Origin: Trichoplax sp. H2
Taxonomy: Eukaryota
Assembly (NCBI GenBank): GCA_003344405.1
Contig: NOWV01000019.1
Location: 434,001-498,000 of the forward strand
Direction: 5' to 3'
DNA length: 64,000 bases
Under the pieces are notes generated by a model, which ran no database searches, was not told the origin of the DNA, and worked only from the letters and a program-made list of their open reading frames with translations. Shown here in pieces: positions 42,601-58,489 of this stretch. The translations under genes were made by a program, and so were the position numbers. How positions within the stretch are numbered: the first letter of the stretch is position 1; each line of letters opens with the position of its first letter.

Positions 42601-44969
42601 AAAATAATCACAAAGTAATATCAAATTGCTTTCGCACGTATTTAGATCAATATCACGCAATGCTGAAGAGATCATTTTCAAAATAAAATGTCATGCTTCT
42701 ATGTCTTTCACTTCCTTATTCAATGCGCTCATTTCATTTTCTATTGAGAACACCGTAACCTTCTTCAGGTAAGGCGAATAATGTGATAAAACAATTTGTC
42801 AAAGAAATGCAAAGAAAGAATAGAAGCATTTAAGTTATTATCACGATGGCCTAGTAAGTAAATAAAATAGTCTTAAGTCAAAGGATATTATTATGGTAGT
42901 ACAGCATTACTGTATAGCACAACGTTAACCCAGTTTGAAAGTAATCCATATCATCGCTTTCACGTCTTACTGGTTTTTTGTCGGCTAAATCGTTTTGCGA
43001 AACGAATCCACTCATCAATAAGACAAGCGATAAAAATCAATTTGCAATCTAGTCCCAATTCAATTAGAATAGGAAAGCAATAGATCATTTTTCACCATTC
43101 TGAAAGATAGGCTAGTCACGAAAAATAAATACTTTTTATTCCATCTTTTGATTCGTTACGCTGACTAATTTTACATAGTTATATTATCTGTACGTCTCTA
43201 TTTTACTTATCCTTTCGCTATTTAGTGGGGGTATTTATTGACTAATACAATAATTAGTCATTCAATGTTCTATTTGAAGGCTGCAATAGTAAAAATAGGG
43301 TATAAAAGATGATGCGCAGTTAAAAAATCATTGATTGTAATCATTATTATTATTGTTAATGACGGGACTATTGGAGTATTACTGATATATTCCAACTCCT
43401 GAAGGCTGAAATATAGATATTATCAAAGCCATACCATTCTTTCTTTAGTCAATTGGAATCATTAAAGTGTCACTTTGAATATCTTTTTTCCCCATTCCAC
43501 AAAGTAAATGGTAGCGGCCATTGATGTTGTCGCGGATTCAAGACGATCAATCATCGATCTGTTGCAGCAATAAGCAGTATTTTATCCCTTGTTATCAAGA
43601 AGGAAATTAACTTGAATTGGTTTACTTTCTAGATGATTTATTCAACATAATAATTATATAGACAGGCATTTAAAAATAAAGTGAACAAATACCATCTGAT
43701 GTTGATACTACTATCCCCAAATTGAGGAAGATACCTTGCCGTAACACCTTTAAGCCATCGAAAAAAGTGCTTTCCTGTTCTAACAGTGGATTCTAATTTA
43801 ATTTAATTTACGACCATTTACTTTCAACTTTCATTCACTTTATCAATCAGAATAGGATATCAAGACTTCATTTCAATACATAGCAATTCGTTCGAAAAGT
43901 GAATATCCTTGAATAATACAGTAATTAGTTTTTCATTACAATTTTGAGTCAATTTGCATCCTTTTAGTCTGTTAATGAGTTAAAAGATTCAAATTTGAAT
44001 GTCTGTTTCTAGAATTGCTGCTATCGACTCAATGTGAACTGGATGTTGGCACTTTCGTTGTGCTCTACTGACCCTTCAAAACCTACACTAATCCTACTGA
44101 AGGACTTGCATTTATACAGTAAAAGTAATTTAAATTGGCTACCTCCCTATTGGAATAAGAACAGATCTAATTGAAAGACTATTTCATACTGTTTTACAAG
44201 TTCTTCTGGTGATCTACAAACGAATAAGTGTAGCCTACATTATCCAATTCGACAGGCAGTGAAATCATTGATTTCAATGGTTAAATTCATAAAAATAGAA
44301 AGGTGTCCTGCTATGATCATAATATTTTAATTGGAAAGGACCATTGCTTCATTGGTGAAACATATTGACATTTAGATCTTGTCAATTATCACGTTGTCAA
44401 CATTTTATCATCTTAGTAATACGCAATCCATATCGCAAGAACGTATTGTTCCTGCTATCATTTATCCAACTACTAAGTTTACTGATAGAACTGATTGTGG
44501 CATCCAAGTTTGACAACGTCGCCGTTGAATTATAAAATAAATAGTATTAATTCGTCACTGGAAATTAGTCCTATGATTTATAAAACTATTCATCAATGAT
44601 TAAGTCGCTGTAAGAGTGAATAATCGAGAAAGTAAAAGGTAAAGTTTTCCATTTCTATTTTAAATTCTTTCTACCAATTTTTAACTTTAATCTAATTGAT
44701 TCAATAAATGATCAGCCTAATTTTATAACGTCTTAGCCGACGTTGGCTTTCGCTTTAAAGTAACACTTCACCATTTCTGCAATTTATACAGGAAATTTAT
44801 TCTTCTCACCAGTTATTTTAGAAAGTAGCTTATTTAGTCCATTTATACACTTTTGAGGCAAAAGATTTTATTGCCATGTCTGTGATTGATCATTGTTTCC
44901 TAAATCTTATTCCCTTAACCAAAGAAGAGTAAAATTTTCTCTTAATTATATGTGCAATATTGTCTTTGA

Positions 44970-45334
44970 TGCATGACCATGACTACACTTCCCTATTTCG
45001 CAGTGTCCAATTAAAACTTTGTCGAGAAATTAATCCTTCAACTTTTCATGAAATTGATATATTATTTACCACTCAGTTTTAAAGGATTATTACCACTAAC
45101 TGAAACATACTTAATACGATTGAATAATTCATTTATCATTTATTATTTTTTTCTGCATGATATGGACTGTGCTTTCCTCCATTTCGCAGCGTTCAATTGA
45201 AATACTGTCTAGAAATTAATCCTTCAATTTCCCACGAATTTGATATATTGTATATTTCTTTCAGTCTCAAAAGATCATCGCAAAAAATTGTAGCATTGGT
45301 GCTATCATTGAAAGACTCATTTTATCATTTTATA
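44970..45334. repeat. Diverged tandem repeat, two copies of ~180 bp
   Basis: Shared tgcatga, atttcgcag, agaaattaatccttcaa, ttgatatatt and tttatcattttat blocks. Confidence 0.8.
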
Positions 45335-47699
45335 TCCAATTGGAAGCAATTTTAACAGTACTACTATGATCAATAGCTATTTTTGAGTTTGTTTATAAGC
45401 AACTAAAATGGCTCATATCGAATAAAAGTGTGTATTTCACGCTGTTATAGTGTCCAAACGTGAAATAATTACTCTACTCTTTTTGATTCAAAGTCAGCCA
45501 CTAATTATGGACTCAATCATGCTGAAAATGGATTTTCATTGAGTTATTATAAAGTGTTGTATTAGACAGTTCAATACGTTAATGGATTGATTCGTTCATA
45601 AAGTAAAGCGGCTGCCAATACAATTTTACTCATTTTTCCTGACAGTTCTTTTTAATTGGCTCTTTTAAACAGTGTCAAGAATCTCATATACCATTGGAAG
45701 TTAAGATCATTGGATTAAGGATTTTGAACCTAATCATTAAAGCAGAAGAATATTATACAATCTATTTTCACAGTTTTGAAATTGAGAAAGAAAGAATCAG
45801 GTAAGTCATTATCAATACAAATTAAACTCTTTGAAATATTTCCCTTGATCAACATTTTCAATCTCTGTCGTTGTTAAAATCCAATATGGCCACAGAAATA
45901 ATTCTACTACAACTGTTCATAGTAAAATCAATACTTTTAAGAGTATAAACATACTGCATTTATTAGCACAACATAGGTTAAAGTGAGATAAAGGGATATT
46001 CTTTTTCGTATTATTGCTTACTATTGTTCAAGTGTTTGGAAACTATTTACCTCAAAGATGTAAAAATGAAGTCATTCTTCTTGTCAAAGCAGTAAAAATG
46101 TAATCGTTTCTTATCAACAATGCCAATTTAATGTATTTTAGATCACTAACATTGGATATACCTCATCGAGATTGAGTGCTGAATTCTTGTAAAGTAAAAC
46201 CTTCACAAATAGCTAAAAATCAACGCATTTCGATTAAGCTATGAATATCATTCTTAAATTAAAAGCAGCGTAATCAGAAAGCAACTAAATAATGGTATAA
46301 AATGATTCCGTTGACAGATGGAGGACTTAAAATTAGCTTCTGTTCATGTTCAAAACTTTCTTATTACCGTATATATCGACCATAAATTGTCATCAATGTG
46401 TTATACATTGCAATAAATGATCACAGGAACTATTTAAAGAGTATAACAACATTCATGATTGATGATAAAAGTACTATTAAGTATTAAATTAATTTTTCAG
46501 CTATATAGTACATCATGACAAAACTAAAAACTGAAAGTCGGATCGTCTTCTAGTGAATTTTAATGACAAAATTTGAATTTCAACTTTAGCACATCCCTTG
46601 AAAACATGACAACTATGGGTACACGGAGAAATTCTCAATAAAAGTAAAGTAATTTTGACTGTCTATTTTTATGCTCCAATATTAAATATGTAAACTTTCG
46701 AAGAACCAGAAAAATAGCTTGCTATCATCTTAAAGTTAAAATCCTATTCAAATGGATCTTGATTTATAACCCAGTGACCAAACTTTGTTGAGTCAATGAC
46801 GCAGTAACTCGGTAAAGTAACTAATCTTCCATTTTTTTACTAGGAAAATGCAGTAATTAAATAAATCAGCTTGTTGATAAAGTCTTACTTGCTTGAGAAT
46901 AAATTCTCAATATACGTATTGATTTATTTCCGCAGCTGTATTAATTAGGTAATAGAATCCATAGGGATCCAGTTTTCTTACATGTATACCGTAATAAGAA
47001 TAGTTTACCAATTGAGATTCTTTTTTACTGCTTTAAACATCCAATTAATTAAACATGGTGATACATTATTATATTATTACGCTGTACCATTGTTAGTTTA
47101 TTTGTATAACCATGATACTGAATAGTTTTCACTCCTATTAAACTGAAAATCAAGCAGAATTCCTCTATGCTTATTAGTAAATGAATACTTATTACTTTTC
47201 AGCTCTAGTAATTAGATGTTCATCATGACCAACCATGATTGTAACAATAACAGAAAGGTACAGATAGCTTTAAAGTTAATTCTCGATGATGTGAAATCTT
47301 TAATTTAATTTCGAAGCCGCTTCCTAGGATAAGAAACTGTTGTGTAATTTTAAAATGCTACTATAGAATAAGTAAATAACCTTGGAATCTAACTTATTCA
47401 TTTCATTAACGAAGAGAGAATCTCATATTTCTGTTAATAAATCATTTCAGTCGTCCATCTGAATTTTAAATCCAATTTGTCTTCAAATCATTCTTCTAAC
47501 TTTAAATAATTATCCATTAATTTCAGATACAAGTTTAATCACGTTCTTTTCGTACTGTGCAATTTTAACCTTATAAACATGATTAGTTGACTACACAAAG
47601 CATAGTGTTTAGCATACCTCCTCAAAAGGTCTTGCAAATCCAACGCTATAATTTTAAGACTTAAATAATAATGCTGGGAAAATGTTATTATCCATGACG

Positions 47700-48610
47700 A
47701 TATGGACTAAACTTTGAGTGCTCTTCGATAAAAAAAATGATTTGGGAAGTTTTTGCAATATCTTCTCTATACCAATGGCTACCGTAGCTTCGATTAAATG
47801 GCTAGACTAATCATAAGTAATGGCATAGGTTAAACAAAAAATCTGCCCAATAGTAAGTCCATTTCATTCCCGTTCGTGGATTAAAGCATCTTGTAAAGTT
47901 CTTAATGACAGCGTGGAACGACAAGAATGGTATTATTTGATCTTAATATTAAGGTCCCTTATAAGGACTGCTATAAATAATTAGGAAATCGATTCTAACT
48001 TAACACTTTCCAAGAAATTTTCTACCTGTATATTCAATAAATGTTCATTTTCCAATTGTTGGCATGATTATGTTATTAACAGTAATCTATGGAGTCCATC
48101 TTGACCAGGTTTATTATCTTGTTTAATGAATTTTTGAAAGCAATTTTTCTGAACTATAATTATCAACTGTCAACTGTGCTATCTTAATTTCATTTCTTAG
48201 TCTAGAAATAATATCTAATTACAAGTTTTCCTTACTATCGATGATCCAAAGTGATTCATAACCTGAATAAAATTTTCAGGGATGACTGCAATGGTACCAT
48301 CATAACAGTACAGTGACTAGTAGTCAATAAATTATCGAAACCGAATCGTAAAATATTCGGGATAAGAATAAACCCTAGGGAAATGATCAAACTGTTGATA
48401 CTTTATCAATAATAGTAGGCAAAGTGTTAATTGGATTTTCGAGATGGAATTACATTTACTGTAATGCTAAATTGCTCCAGTCTTTGTTAGTTTATTTATT
48501 GCATTTAGTTGAGGCGCAGCTTTTCCTTGAAATCGATAATCGTAGTAGTCTTCAATAAAATATTGGTCTACAGGTTTAAGGTATGCTAGTATTCGTCAAT
48601 AAGTAAGTCA
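47700..48610 (-). pseudogene. Possible third NACHT-like relic
   Basis: Minus-strand fragments LLIDEY (~48590-48607), NLLTTSH (~48313-48333), TIGQI (~47841-47855) and FF...KSTQ (~47715-47740) appear in the expected order, interrupted by stops. Weak. Confidence 0.22.
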
Positions 48611-48877
48611 CCACTATCGGTTCAATTTGACAGTAAACATATTCTTCTCTTGCTTATTACCATTTACATGGAATGCATATAAAATCAGTTTTGGTCATGA
48701 TGAACTAGATACAATCATATTTTGAACTGTTAACTAGTCATGAATAAGCGAGATGGCAAGTCAAAATGAAACAGACCGATGACTTTTAATGCTACTAAAC
48801 TAGTTTAGATTGGATTACAGTTCAGTTCTATTCGTGCAATACTTACAACATAAGAAAAGACAAAAATTTACCGATAA

Positions 48878-49467
48878 GTAATCTATTTTTTTTTATTTAT
48901 TTTATTCATTAAAATGCTCGGTAGGCTTTCACATTTGGTCATTAAATACTGGTAAAGGTTATTGAATTGATTGAATATATATAATATTCATTGATGGTGT
49001 ACTCATTCAGATGGCTTTCATTTCTAGTATACTCTATTCTAAAACTAAACTTTGATATTATGACAAACAACTCATAAAATCTAGTTTGTTTTTATTTATT
49101 TGTCTTCATAATAATACTTAGCAGACTCTCAATTTTGGTCATTAAATGCAGGTAGAAGTGATTGAATCGATTGAATAAATATATTCTCCATTGATAGAGT
49201 ACTCATTAAGATGGTTTTTATTTCAACTACGCTCCATTCTGAAACTAAATTCTGACATCATGACATACAACCCATGTAATCTAGTTTGCTTTCATTTATT
49301 TGTATTCATAAAATTGCTCAGTAGACTTTCATTTCTGCTCATTAAATGTTAGTAAAAGCTATTGAATCGATTGATTAAATATAATATTCATTAATAGCGT
49401 ACTTGTCCAGATAGCTTTTAATTCAACTGTATTCTATTCTGAGACTAAACACTGATAACATGACATA
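48878..49467. repeat. Tandem repeat, three diverged copies of ~200 bp
   Basis: tcattaaat...attgaat-gattga...gtact...agat...attct-a-actaaa...atgaca recurs three times at ~200 bp spacing. Confidence 0.9.
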
Positions 49468-52400
49468 TGTGAATATTTGCTTATATTAAATTCGTAGCTA
49501 TTATTTTGCTCTTGTTTAATTATTTCCATATGAAAATTCCCTGATGAATTCTACAAACGATAAAACCTCAATAAAACTCTTATAATATTACTGTTTAATC
49601 ATTACACTTATTTAACAACATCCGATACAACAAACTGGATCCTTTATTTTATTGAATAATCACGTCGGACCAAGTTTTTTATTAGGTGTACTATCATAGC
49701 TTCTCAGGCAAATCTCAGGCAGGCTGCCATAGCGATCTTTTTATATAGAGAATCCTTAAATGAGAGCTATTTCCTTACCAGAAAATTTATCATGTCGCTA
49801 AAGCCCTCCTTACTTTATATATTGTCAAGATCTTAGCTTTGGTATAAGCTACTCCTTTAATGCAGCTACACGAACTGAATAAATAAGCTTTATTTAAGCT
49901 AGCCATTTCTAACGTAAAAATTTTCCATAAATTGCTCTGTGGGTAGTCTTATAAAAAGTAATTAGACCTTTCAAACAACGATTTTATAGGTGATTTTATT
50001 TTTGCAACCTAATTTTAATCTAATGAGTATCTATTGTATAGGGTATATTCCTTTCAAAAATTGGCCATCACATCCAGACTGCTTATTTTACATGAACTGG
50101 CCATGAATAATGATATTCATTGTTGAATTATTACTACAATATAGCTACTAATTATTCTTAGTTTAATTCTCTTTTTATTTCTTACATATGCTAGTGTAGT
50201 CATTTCTTGAATTAATTGACAAATTGTTATCTAAGCATCATAGTGCTAAATTGTCATTATGCAGAGAAGGATCTCGCCGTTATAAACCAGTACGTTAATT
50301 ACAGCGTATCATGACCATATATTATCATACAAACTTTCTTTTGCTAATTTATAAGCGTCAAGCAAATCCACTCTGTAAATTTAAAGCATTATCCAGTAGT
50401 TTACTTGGTTCGTCATTTATTTTATGAAAGTTTACATCCATAGGCCACTTATCTTCTATATAGCAACACTGATTCTATAGTATGCATGTTAAATAGGGAT
50501 AATGATCGAATAGCCATAATTATAACTGTCAGCGCATTTCGTTGTTAGTCTTAGCAACTCCTACCTCGTGGGTCTATTCATTATCTTAAGTATATACAAA
50601 GCAGATGTTTTGGAATATCTGTATCTGCTATATGTACTCATAGATACTTATATGAGACTTGTATTTCGTCACAGAATAGCTCTTAAACAGTTTTTCTTAT
50701 TCCTTTCTGGCGTATTTTTAGCAATTTATTTATGAATTCTAAACAATTTAATAGCTAGAACAATTGCTGTTTATGTTGCTAGTTAGAGTATTAATTCATT
50801 TATTCGCATAAGTACCGAAAAAGGGCAACAATATATCACGAAATAATCATAAATCTTTATATTGGCAAATTCTAAAGCATAAAATGTGTTGCAATTGTAT
50901 TAAAGTATTATTTAAAATTCTTACATTGCTGTTATAAAATGAATAATTTCATACCGGTACTCTATAGTTAGAAAATGTGATTGCACTTGATCAAGTAAGC
51001 TTCCCCGTTCGAACTGGTACCGATGACTTTCATTCAATTTTGATACTAAAACTATTTTGATTTTTTTCTAAATTAACAAATTCAACCTACTTTATCGTAC
51101 TTTCATTGTTATATCGACTAACCATAATTGTTTTATAACCTTTTTAGCTAGGTAACTTACTTAAGGTATGCTGTTATTAATTAATATCACTCCAATTTAC
51201 AATACATAGTCCTCTCTATGATGAATCCTACCAAAATGCTGAGTTTGTCTACCTTGATAAGCAATGCGAGCATAAGTATTTTACAAACTTACAATAAACG
51301 ATGATAAGAGCAGTCAGACTTATAAAAGACTACGAGGATCTTTATTTATGTAACTAAGAAACAATGCTAAATTGAATACAGCTGATGATTATAATTTTAG
51401 CCTAATGTGAAATAGAACTATCAGTCAGAAAATTAATAATAATCTCTTGCAGACACTTAATGTTCGATTTGAATGCTGGTACTGGAATATTATATTACCT
51501 TCGATTTTAAGTGGAGGAAATCAATCTGTTAGTGCCTTATAATAGCTATAAATAGTTAAAATCACGTACCAATTTCTACAAAGTTCGTCTTAGAAATAGG
51601 TGAATAGAAATAGTAAATACATCCTTTCATAGCGGCTATAAAATAAGTAGCAATTACTAATATTTTTGTACAGTATTTTCCCGATTATGTTCAGGCGTAG
51701 AAAATCAATCTTTTAAATCTCTTTAGTCATTACATAATTCAAATGACACATTGATCTCGATTAATATATTATTATTTTCGGTTCATCTTTAAATATACTT
51801 CCTGGATTTTCACTATATGTAAATAGGGTGTATGATTGTACAAGAAGAGTAGGGGGAAAGTATCAGATTTATGCTCAAGTGTTTCTATTAAATTAAAATT
51901 GTGTTAGCGCTTGATTGGGTGCATTATCTTGGTTACGACTAATTTACTTCCTAATTATATATAAAACATCTTCATAATTAGCTATTGCATCCATCTCGAA
52001 TGTTTAGCAAAAACATTTCATTTTCTACAAGCCTAGGCTAGTAAAATATCTTTTTCAAAAAATATTAGTTGCATTGAATTTGTCCACGAAAATAGCAATA
52101 CAATCATTACTCCGAGCGCTAAATACATTTAATATCATTAATACGATATTACTCGTAAATTTCCTTTATATCCACTAATGAGACTGTTTAACATATCAGT
52201 TTGCGTACTGTCATTCGTCGATGTATCCAAAAAAAATTAAATTGGAAATGAAGCAAACTTACCGTATTGGACTAATTTAATATCTGAATAAAACAATAAC
52301 AGTAAAAAGTTTAGGTTGGGTACTTTTGCCATCATTCCTATAATTAGTCTACGATAATAAAATCTAAGCGTGATAGTACGTGGCAATCGATCATTTTTAT

Positions 52401-53969
52401 ACTGTTGATTTAGTTGTGATTATTTAATGAACAGATGGAATAGTTGATTTTTATTAGTATTATTGTCTTTTTTTCCTATTCAACCTTGATTGCTATGCAA
52501 TATTCATTTGTGTCTCATTTACATTGATCGTATCATTAAAAATGTTACGAAAGCTATTCTTTACCTAATTGGATACTACATTTTTAATATGGACAAGTGG
52601 ATAATATAAACCAACTTGACTATACAATAAACACCTTTAATTTGATAAATAATTAGTTCGAATTCTACCGAAAACGACATCGCTTCCACATTTTCAGTTC
52701 ATTAAGGTAGGATTAATTTCGATATTTTACACTAATTTATAAATGAAGTCGCTTGTAGAGGAAATAACTGATCTTCAATTTATAATTATGGAGTAAATTA
52801 CTACAAATATTTTATTTATGAGTTTATAATTATAATAAAATAAGGATGGAGGGATATTTTTTGCAAGGTAGTGTAGTACTTTTGCCGATGTTTTTATTAT
52901 TTAGTTAATATTTTCAATAGCAGACAATCTCTGAAATTTACATACAACCCCAGCTCATCCTATATATTTTTCCCTACCTTTCTCACAGAAAGTTTTTTAA
53001 TTACCATTGACCCCTTAACCGTATATAATGCGAAATAATATATCAATTTACTCGTATAACTAATATTCTCGCCATAATTGTATTTCGTTTTACAATATGA
53101 TAAAGTATCGATGCTTTATACAGGAATAAATTGCAAACCTATGGGCGTTGATTTGTAGAATAATTTGCAACTCGGTCTAGTTCGAAAAAAGATCTATAGA
53201 ACAAGTTCCCCCTATAAACGGTTTATGTACATCTTTGGTTTTATTTGACATTTCGTCATTCAAAATTTACATTCTATTTGCAATTTATCCAAAAAATACT
53301 TCTTGAACTGAATAAAATAATAATTTTTTGTCAATTCCCAAGATTGTTAAAAGGAATATATGCATCCTTTCGCGTCTTTCGTATCAAGGCACCTTAATCT
53401 ACGCTTTTCTAAGGAATATGTATCCAATTTATAAGCGATTTTTGTGAAGTTAATGATATATGAGGATATTCATTAAAATTTCTGATTTGGTTCTTCATTT
53501 TGACTCTGAAAAAATACATGGTGGTATATATGTTACTATATATATATACATAAATACGTGTATGCATTCTTTGCTGTATTATTAAAGATTGTGTTGAGTT
53601 TGCTTCTTTTATAGAGCTTGTAGTTAATTCCTGAGCTATTATGATGAAGTTAGCGACATATCTTGAGGATACTGAATAAAATCTTTCTATTGAATCTCCT
53701 TTCAGCTTGGCCAATATATATTTATTCTTTCGCGCATTATTTAGCATTGTGACTTAGTTTATACCTTTCTGAGGAACGCTTGAACAATTTACTCGAATAA
53801 GTGATTACGATTAAGCTCGTAAAATTTTAAGGATACCGATTAAAGTTTTCCTATCAAATCTTCATTTTAACTTTACTCTACTGCATTCTGTAACATTTCT
53901 TATAAAAATCATGTCATATTTTAGCTGGATTAGGTATCATTGTGAACTGTAGTATTAGTGTATAACTAG

Positions 53970-56100
53970 TTCTTAATAAAAGTCATTGACCAAGATACAG
54001 TAAATTTATCGTATTGATCTACCTCTTAAAAGCATTAGCTAGCAAGGATATTTTTTACAATCAACATTCAAGATTGATAAAATTTATATTAGAAATTGTC
54101 GAAAAAATAGATTCCTTTTGGCGAAGAAAGTTCCGTTTAGACTGAAAGGGCATTAATACCATTATTTTACTGCTTCGGAAGAGGATGTTACGCTAGTCTA
54201 GTATAGATTGAACAAATGATCAACCAATTATTGACGAATTTACCGAAAGCTAATGATACAATTATAAATGATTTACTGACAATTTTGCTGTAATGAATAG
54301 TTTTCCTTTCTTTTAACTCTTTTCCATCACTAAATTAGGGAATAAATGACTCACTGATTCGCATGAGACATTTTCATATGTTTACTTGTAATATTTTTAA
54401 GAAAGGTTTCTTCGATGGTTCATGATGGAAAACGAGATATATTTTGGAGCGCAATAAAATAGCAGTACTATCTGATAAAAATACAGTTTATTGCTTCAAT
54501 AACATTCGTGAGTTCTCCAAGAAATTCAGAGAGCCATATGCGAATATATTACATGCGATAGTTTAATGGGGGTATAGAAATAATTACAACATCAGAGTTG
54601 TTTTGGTGTGAATAAGGCGGTAGTACTTTAGAAAAAAAGAAAGCTATAATGGGATTTAACAGCAGCTATTATCTTCTGTGCCGTTAAGACTAAAAGAATG
54701 CAGACAGTCTTTAAATATTTATTAGACAGTAATTCTAAAACGAAAAATATTGAAGCAAAACGGTATAAAAATCAGTTACAGAACTACATGATCTGTATGC
54801 CACTGACTTTTTCAACGAGAAGGAACGTTCTTCCATTTTGAATTTTTATTATAAAGGATTGGAGACAAAATGTAAGGTGTACTTGTTTTACTGGCATTTG
54901 ATGATTTAAAGTTATCTATTAATTGATTATTCTCATGGACGTTGAATCTTTATTTTTGATAGTGTAAATTTTTTTGTCATTACATTGAATCAAATTGATT
55001 GTTGACAGCAAACAAGAGTAGAAAATAAAGGTGCACACGAACTAATTGAGATCAGAAACAAGTTAATCATGATAGTGGAGCTCAATTCTTAAAATTTTAT
55101 TAAATTTATACTTTACTGATGTATTTTCCAGCTTGATTTTTGATAGCGGTGTTTAAAGACAAGAACAGATGGTAACCATTGTTATTCTTGACATTTGTTA
55201 TGTACAAGGAAATATTCTTTTTACAATAGTGACGATATTGCTAGGCAGTAATTCTACTTTAATCCTAAGATATTATCTAGCCCTTGGCTATTTTGAGACG
55301 ATTAAATTAACCACGGCAATTGATTCTATTTGTTTTGGTTCCTTTCATCTGAAATATACCGCTATGTCAATGATAAAGTACTCAAACTATTGGTCAGGGA
55401 TTTCAAATTTAACGAGTCGTTTAATTTTTTTAATGATAATTTTGAAGTTAGAAAATGTTCTAAGAAAGATTTAACCAGCGAAGAATTTTCATTCATCAGG
55501 ACAACATTTTTAATATGAGTGTTACACTCTATTGTGGGAATAAACCTTATGATATCATGAAGGAAGTATCAAAACAGGAATTTTACATTGATTGTAGTAA
55601 ATTTATTGACGTCAATAACTGTATACATATAAAAATGCATCTTTGCTTTTAGCGTGGAGGTTTCATAAACTACATTGGAGGGAATACATGATACAAAATA
55701 ATTAAGAAAATACTGTTAGATTTTTACATTAATTAATGTAAACTTACTGACGTTAGTAGATGTACAAAGCGTATCATTTAAACAATTGCTCAGGATCAAT
55801 TTTGAGGATGGATGTTCAACAGCTACATTAAAGAAATAGACATTATAATACTGTTAAAGAAAGTATTATATAGGGATTCTACATTAACTAGAGCAATTTT
55901 ATTTACATTCACAGCAGTATAAAACTAATCATTTAAAGAATTTTCATTCATTTGGATAAACTTTTTGAGCATAAGTTATTTGATTATTCCACAATCTACA
56001 GAGAAAAATTAGTGGTTATAATATGATTATGAAAATATGATACAGGATTTTATATTAAATTAAGCAATTTTATTGAACTTTAATAGCGGTATAAGATACA
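53970..56100 (+). pseudogene. Possible second, more decayed NACHT/NLR-like relic
   Basis: Fragments AKKVPF (~54121), ITKLG (~54326), YS...NIREF (~54482-54515) and a residual ORF at 55330-55518. An internal diverged repeat (gaattttcattcat...acagga-tttta-att) occurs at ~55482 and ~55938. Motif matches are weak. Confidence 0.25.
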
Positions 56101-58489
56101 TTATTTCACCCGCATGTACGTAATCATTATTTATATGCAAGATGGAAAAAAATCCCTCCTCCTGTTAGACTAAAAAAGACTTATAAAAAATCCAGTGTCT
56201 TTTCAGTACTGCGATTAGCTTTAGGAAGCCATGACGAAACTTCTCATAAACGTTTTACTAGTTTGTAAGTCATAATACAGTAGATGCTATCACAAGCCTT
56301 CAATCGGGTTTCATTTTAACTAAATTGCTGGTGGTGTATGTTCTACTGAACAATAATAATGATTGTAGCTATAACATACAGTTGACGAAAAAGCTTAAAT
56401 GAACGGAATTGAATAAGCTAATGGGTAGTAATGGGATCGTTAAATTAATTTCATCCGTTTTAAATTGATAATGGAAAATCTTATTCCCGGTGAGTTCCTG
56501 ACAGCTTAATCCTTTGTATAACGTTGCGCTACCAGGTAATGTTGGATTTATCTCTGGATATCCCTATCATTTCATGAAAAGACCTCGAAATAAATTCCAT
56601 AATATTGTGATCCTAAGAATTGCTTCTTTATGATTAGTTCATTTTCGTATTACTGGCATATATATTTCTCTATTGCTCACAATGTAAGGGAAATGTAGTT
56701 TTATTGAATCACTTTCACCGTTATTGTTACCACCGGAGATGGATGATATCCAATAAAGTTTTTCGTCATTGATTAGCATACCCATTATAATCTGCTATCT
56801 ATTGACAACTGATTTTAATTTTTCATATCCGATTTGCATTGATGATGCCGATCATTCAATAAGCAAATACCCTAGAACTATGTATTATTGGAAAATATCC
56901 CCTTATTGAAATTTAGCCTTTGAAGTATAAGTTCAAAAGGTTAACAAGAATAAACCATCAAGGTATAAATGATACATAACAATCATTTTTATACCCCTTA
57001 AAAATAATTATAGGTATTTCAATAAATTTTTTTACTATTTCGTTATATGTATTAATAGCTAAGAAATTAACAGCTATTAATTTTCCTTTAATATTGTTGC
57101 TTTGCTTCTATATTATCATTAATCACTAATTAAAGCGATTAATAAATGCTATAGATGTTATCAATCACAAGCATAAAGACGAAATCGTTCGTTATTTCTA
57201 TAATATTAGCTCTAGATAAAGTCGCTGATGTTTTAGTACCACAATGTAAGTCTCATTAATAAACTTAGCTTTAATTGAATTCTTTTATAGACAATTCCTA
57301 ATCATGTTTATTAAAGTGTCTATTGGATGATGTAAATAATATACAGTGGTTCAATAATGTCGCTACAGTAGGCATTTACAATAGTAAATGGTTCACCGAA
57401 ATTGAAGTACATGATAGACAATATTAAATTTTTTTAACCGGCTATATGTAAATCAACAGAGCGCATCTCGTAAATTGTACGTTTACAGATTAAATTGCTG
57501 ATGTTCGGCAAAGATAACAGCTATATCTGTTTAGGAACGAGTATTGAAAGTAAAACTCAACCTTATTGGAAGCCAACTATTCGATCCAAATCATTCATCA
57601 GAGTATTTTTCTTGTATCGCTTAAATATATTCCAAATTTCTGATTAAGACGCAGAATTATCTTTATTAATACTCATAATAAGGCTCATTACTCGGATAAA
57701 ATATTTTTACTCTATCTAAAATGTTTTTATTAGAGAATAGCGCTATGTTATCCTTTAAAATAAAAATTTAATCTTGCTACAGCATCTATACATCAATATC
57801 GGTCGGATTAACTGAAACTAGCTATCATTGGAAGGCCCATTTTCTTCATGCTATTACTTGCATATAGTTGATAATCTATTCCATAGTTGTTCTATGTCGG
57901 TCATGATTATTTTTAATGATTTTTATAGTAATATTAATCATGGCTGAAACCGATCAACTATCACTAATATCGAACTAGCATCGCAATGACTAAATGAGAA
58001 AAAAGCTTTACATGCTTAGGGGATATTAACATCGCAAGGACTTTTAGTTTTTCCGATCTACGGTCAAGCATTCCAATAAAACCTATGTTCAACAAGATAC
58101 TCGCAGCAGTTATGGAAATTGTATTATCTAGAGAAATTTGATTAATATAAAGTAAGAATGGCTTATGCCTTTACACTAGCAGCACTTGATAACTAATTAT
58201 TGAGTAGCGCAAATGACCAATAATTTGAATGCATCCTTATTGAATCTCATCAGTTTTAGTTTATTATTTGATATAATGTTAATCATGGCTTAATCATAAG
58301 TTAATCCTACTCACCAGCTTCTGTTCTTGATCACCGTCCGCGGCAAAATGTAATTATCGGATAAATCATTTTATGAATTCAATCAAGAAATATATACTGA
58401 ATTACCATACACTTTTACTTAACCATTTTGTACCCGTGCTCAAAATGGCTTGTCTAACTCCTTATTGACAACTTTACCGGCTTACAATA

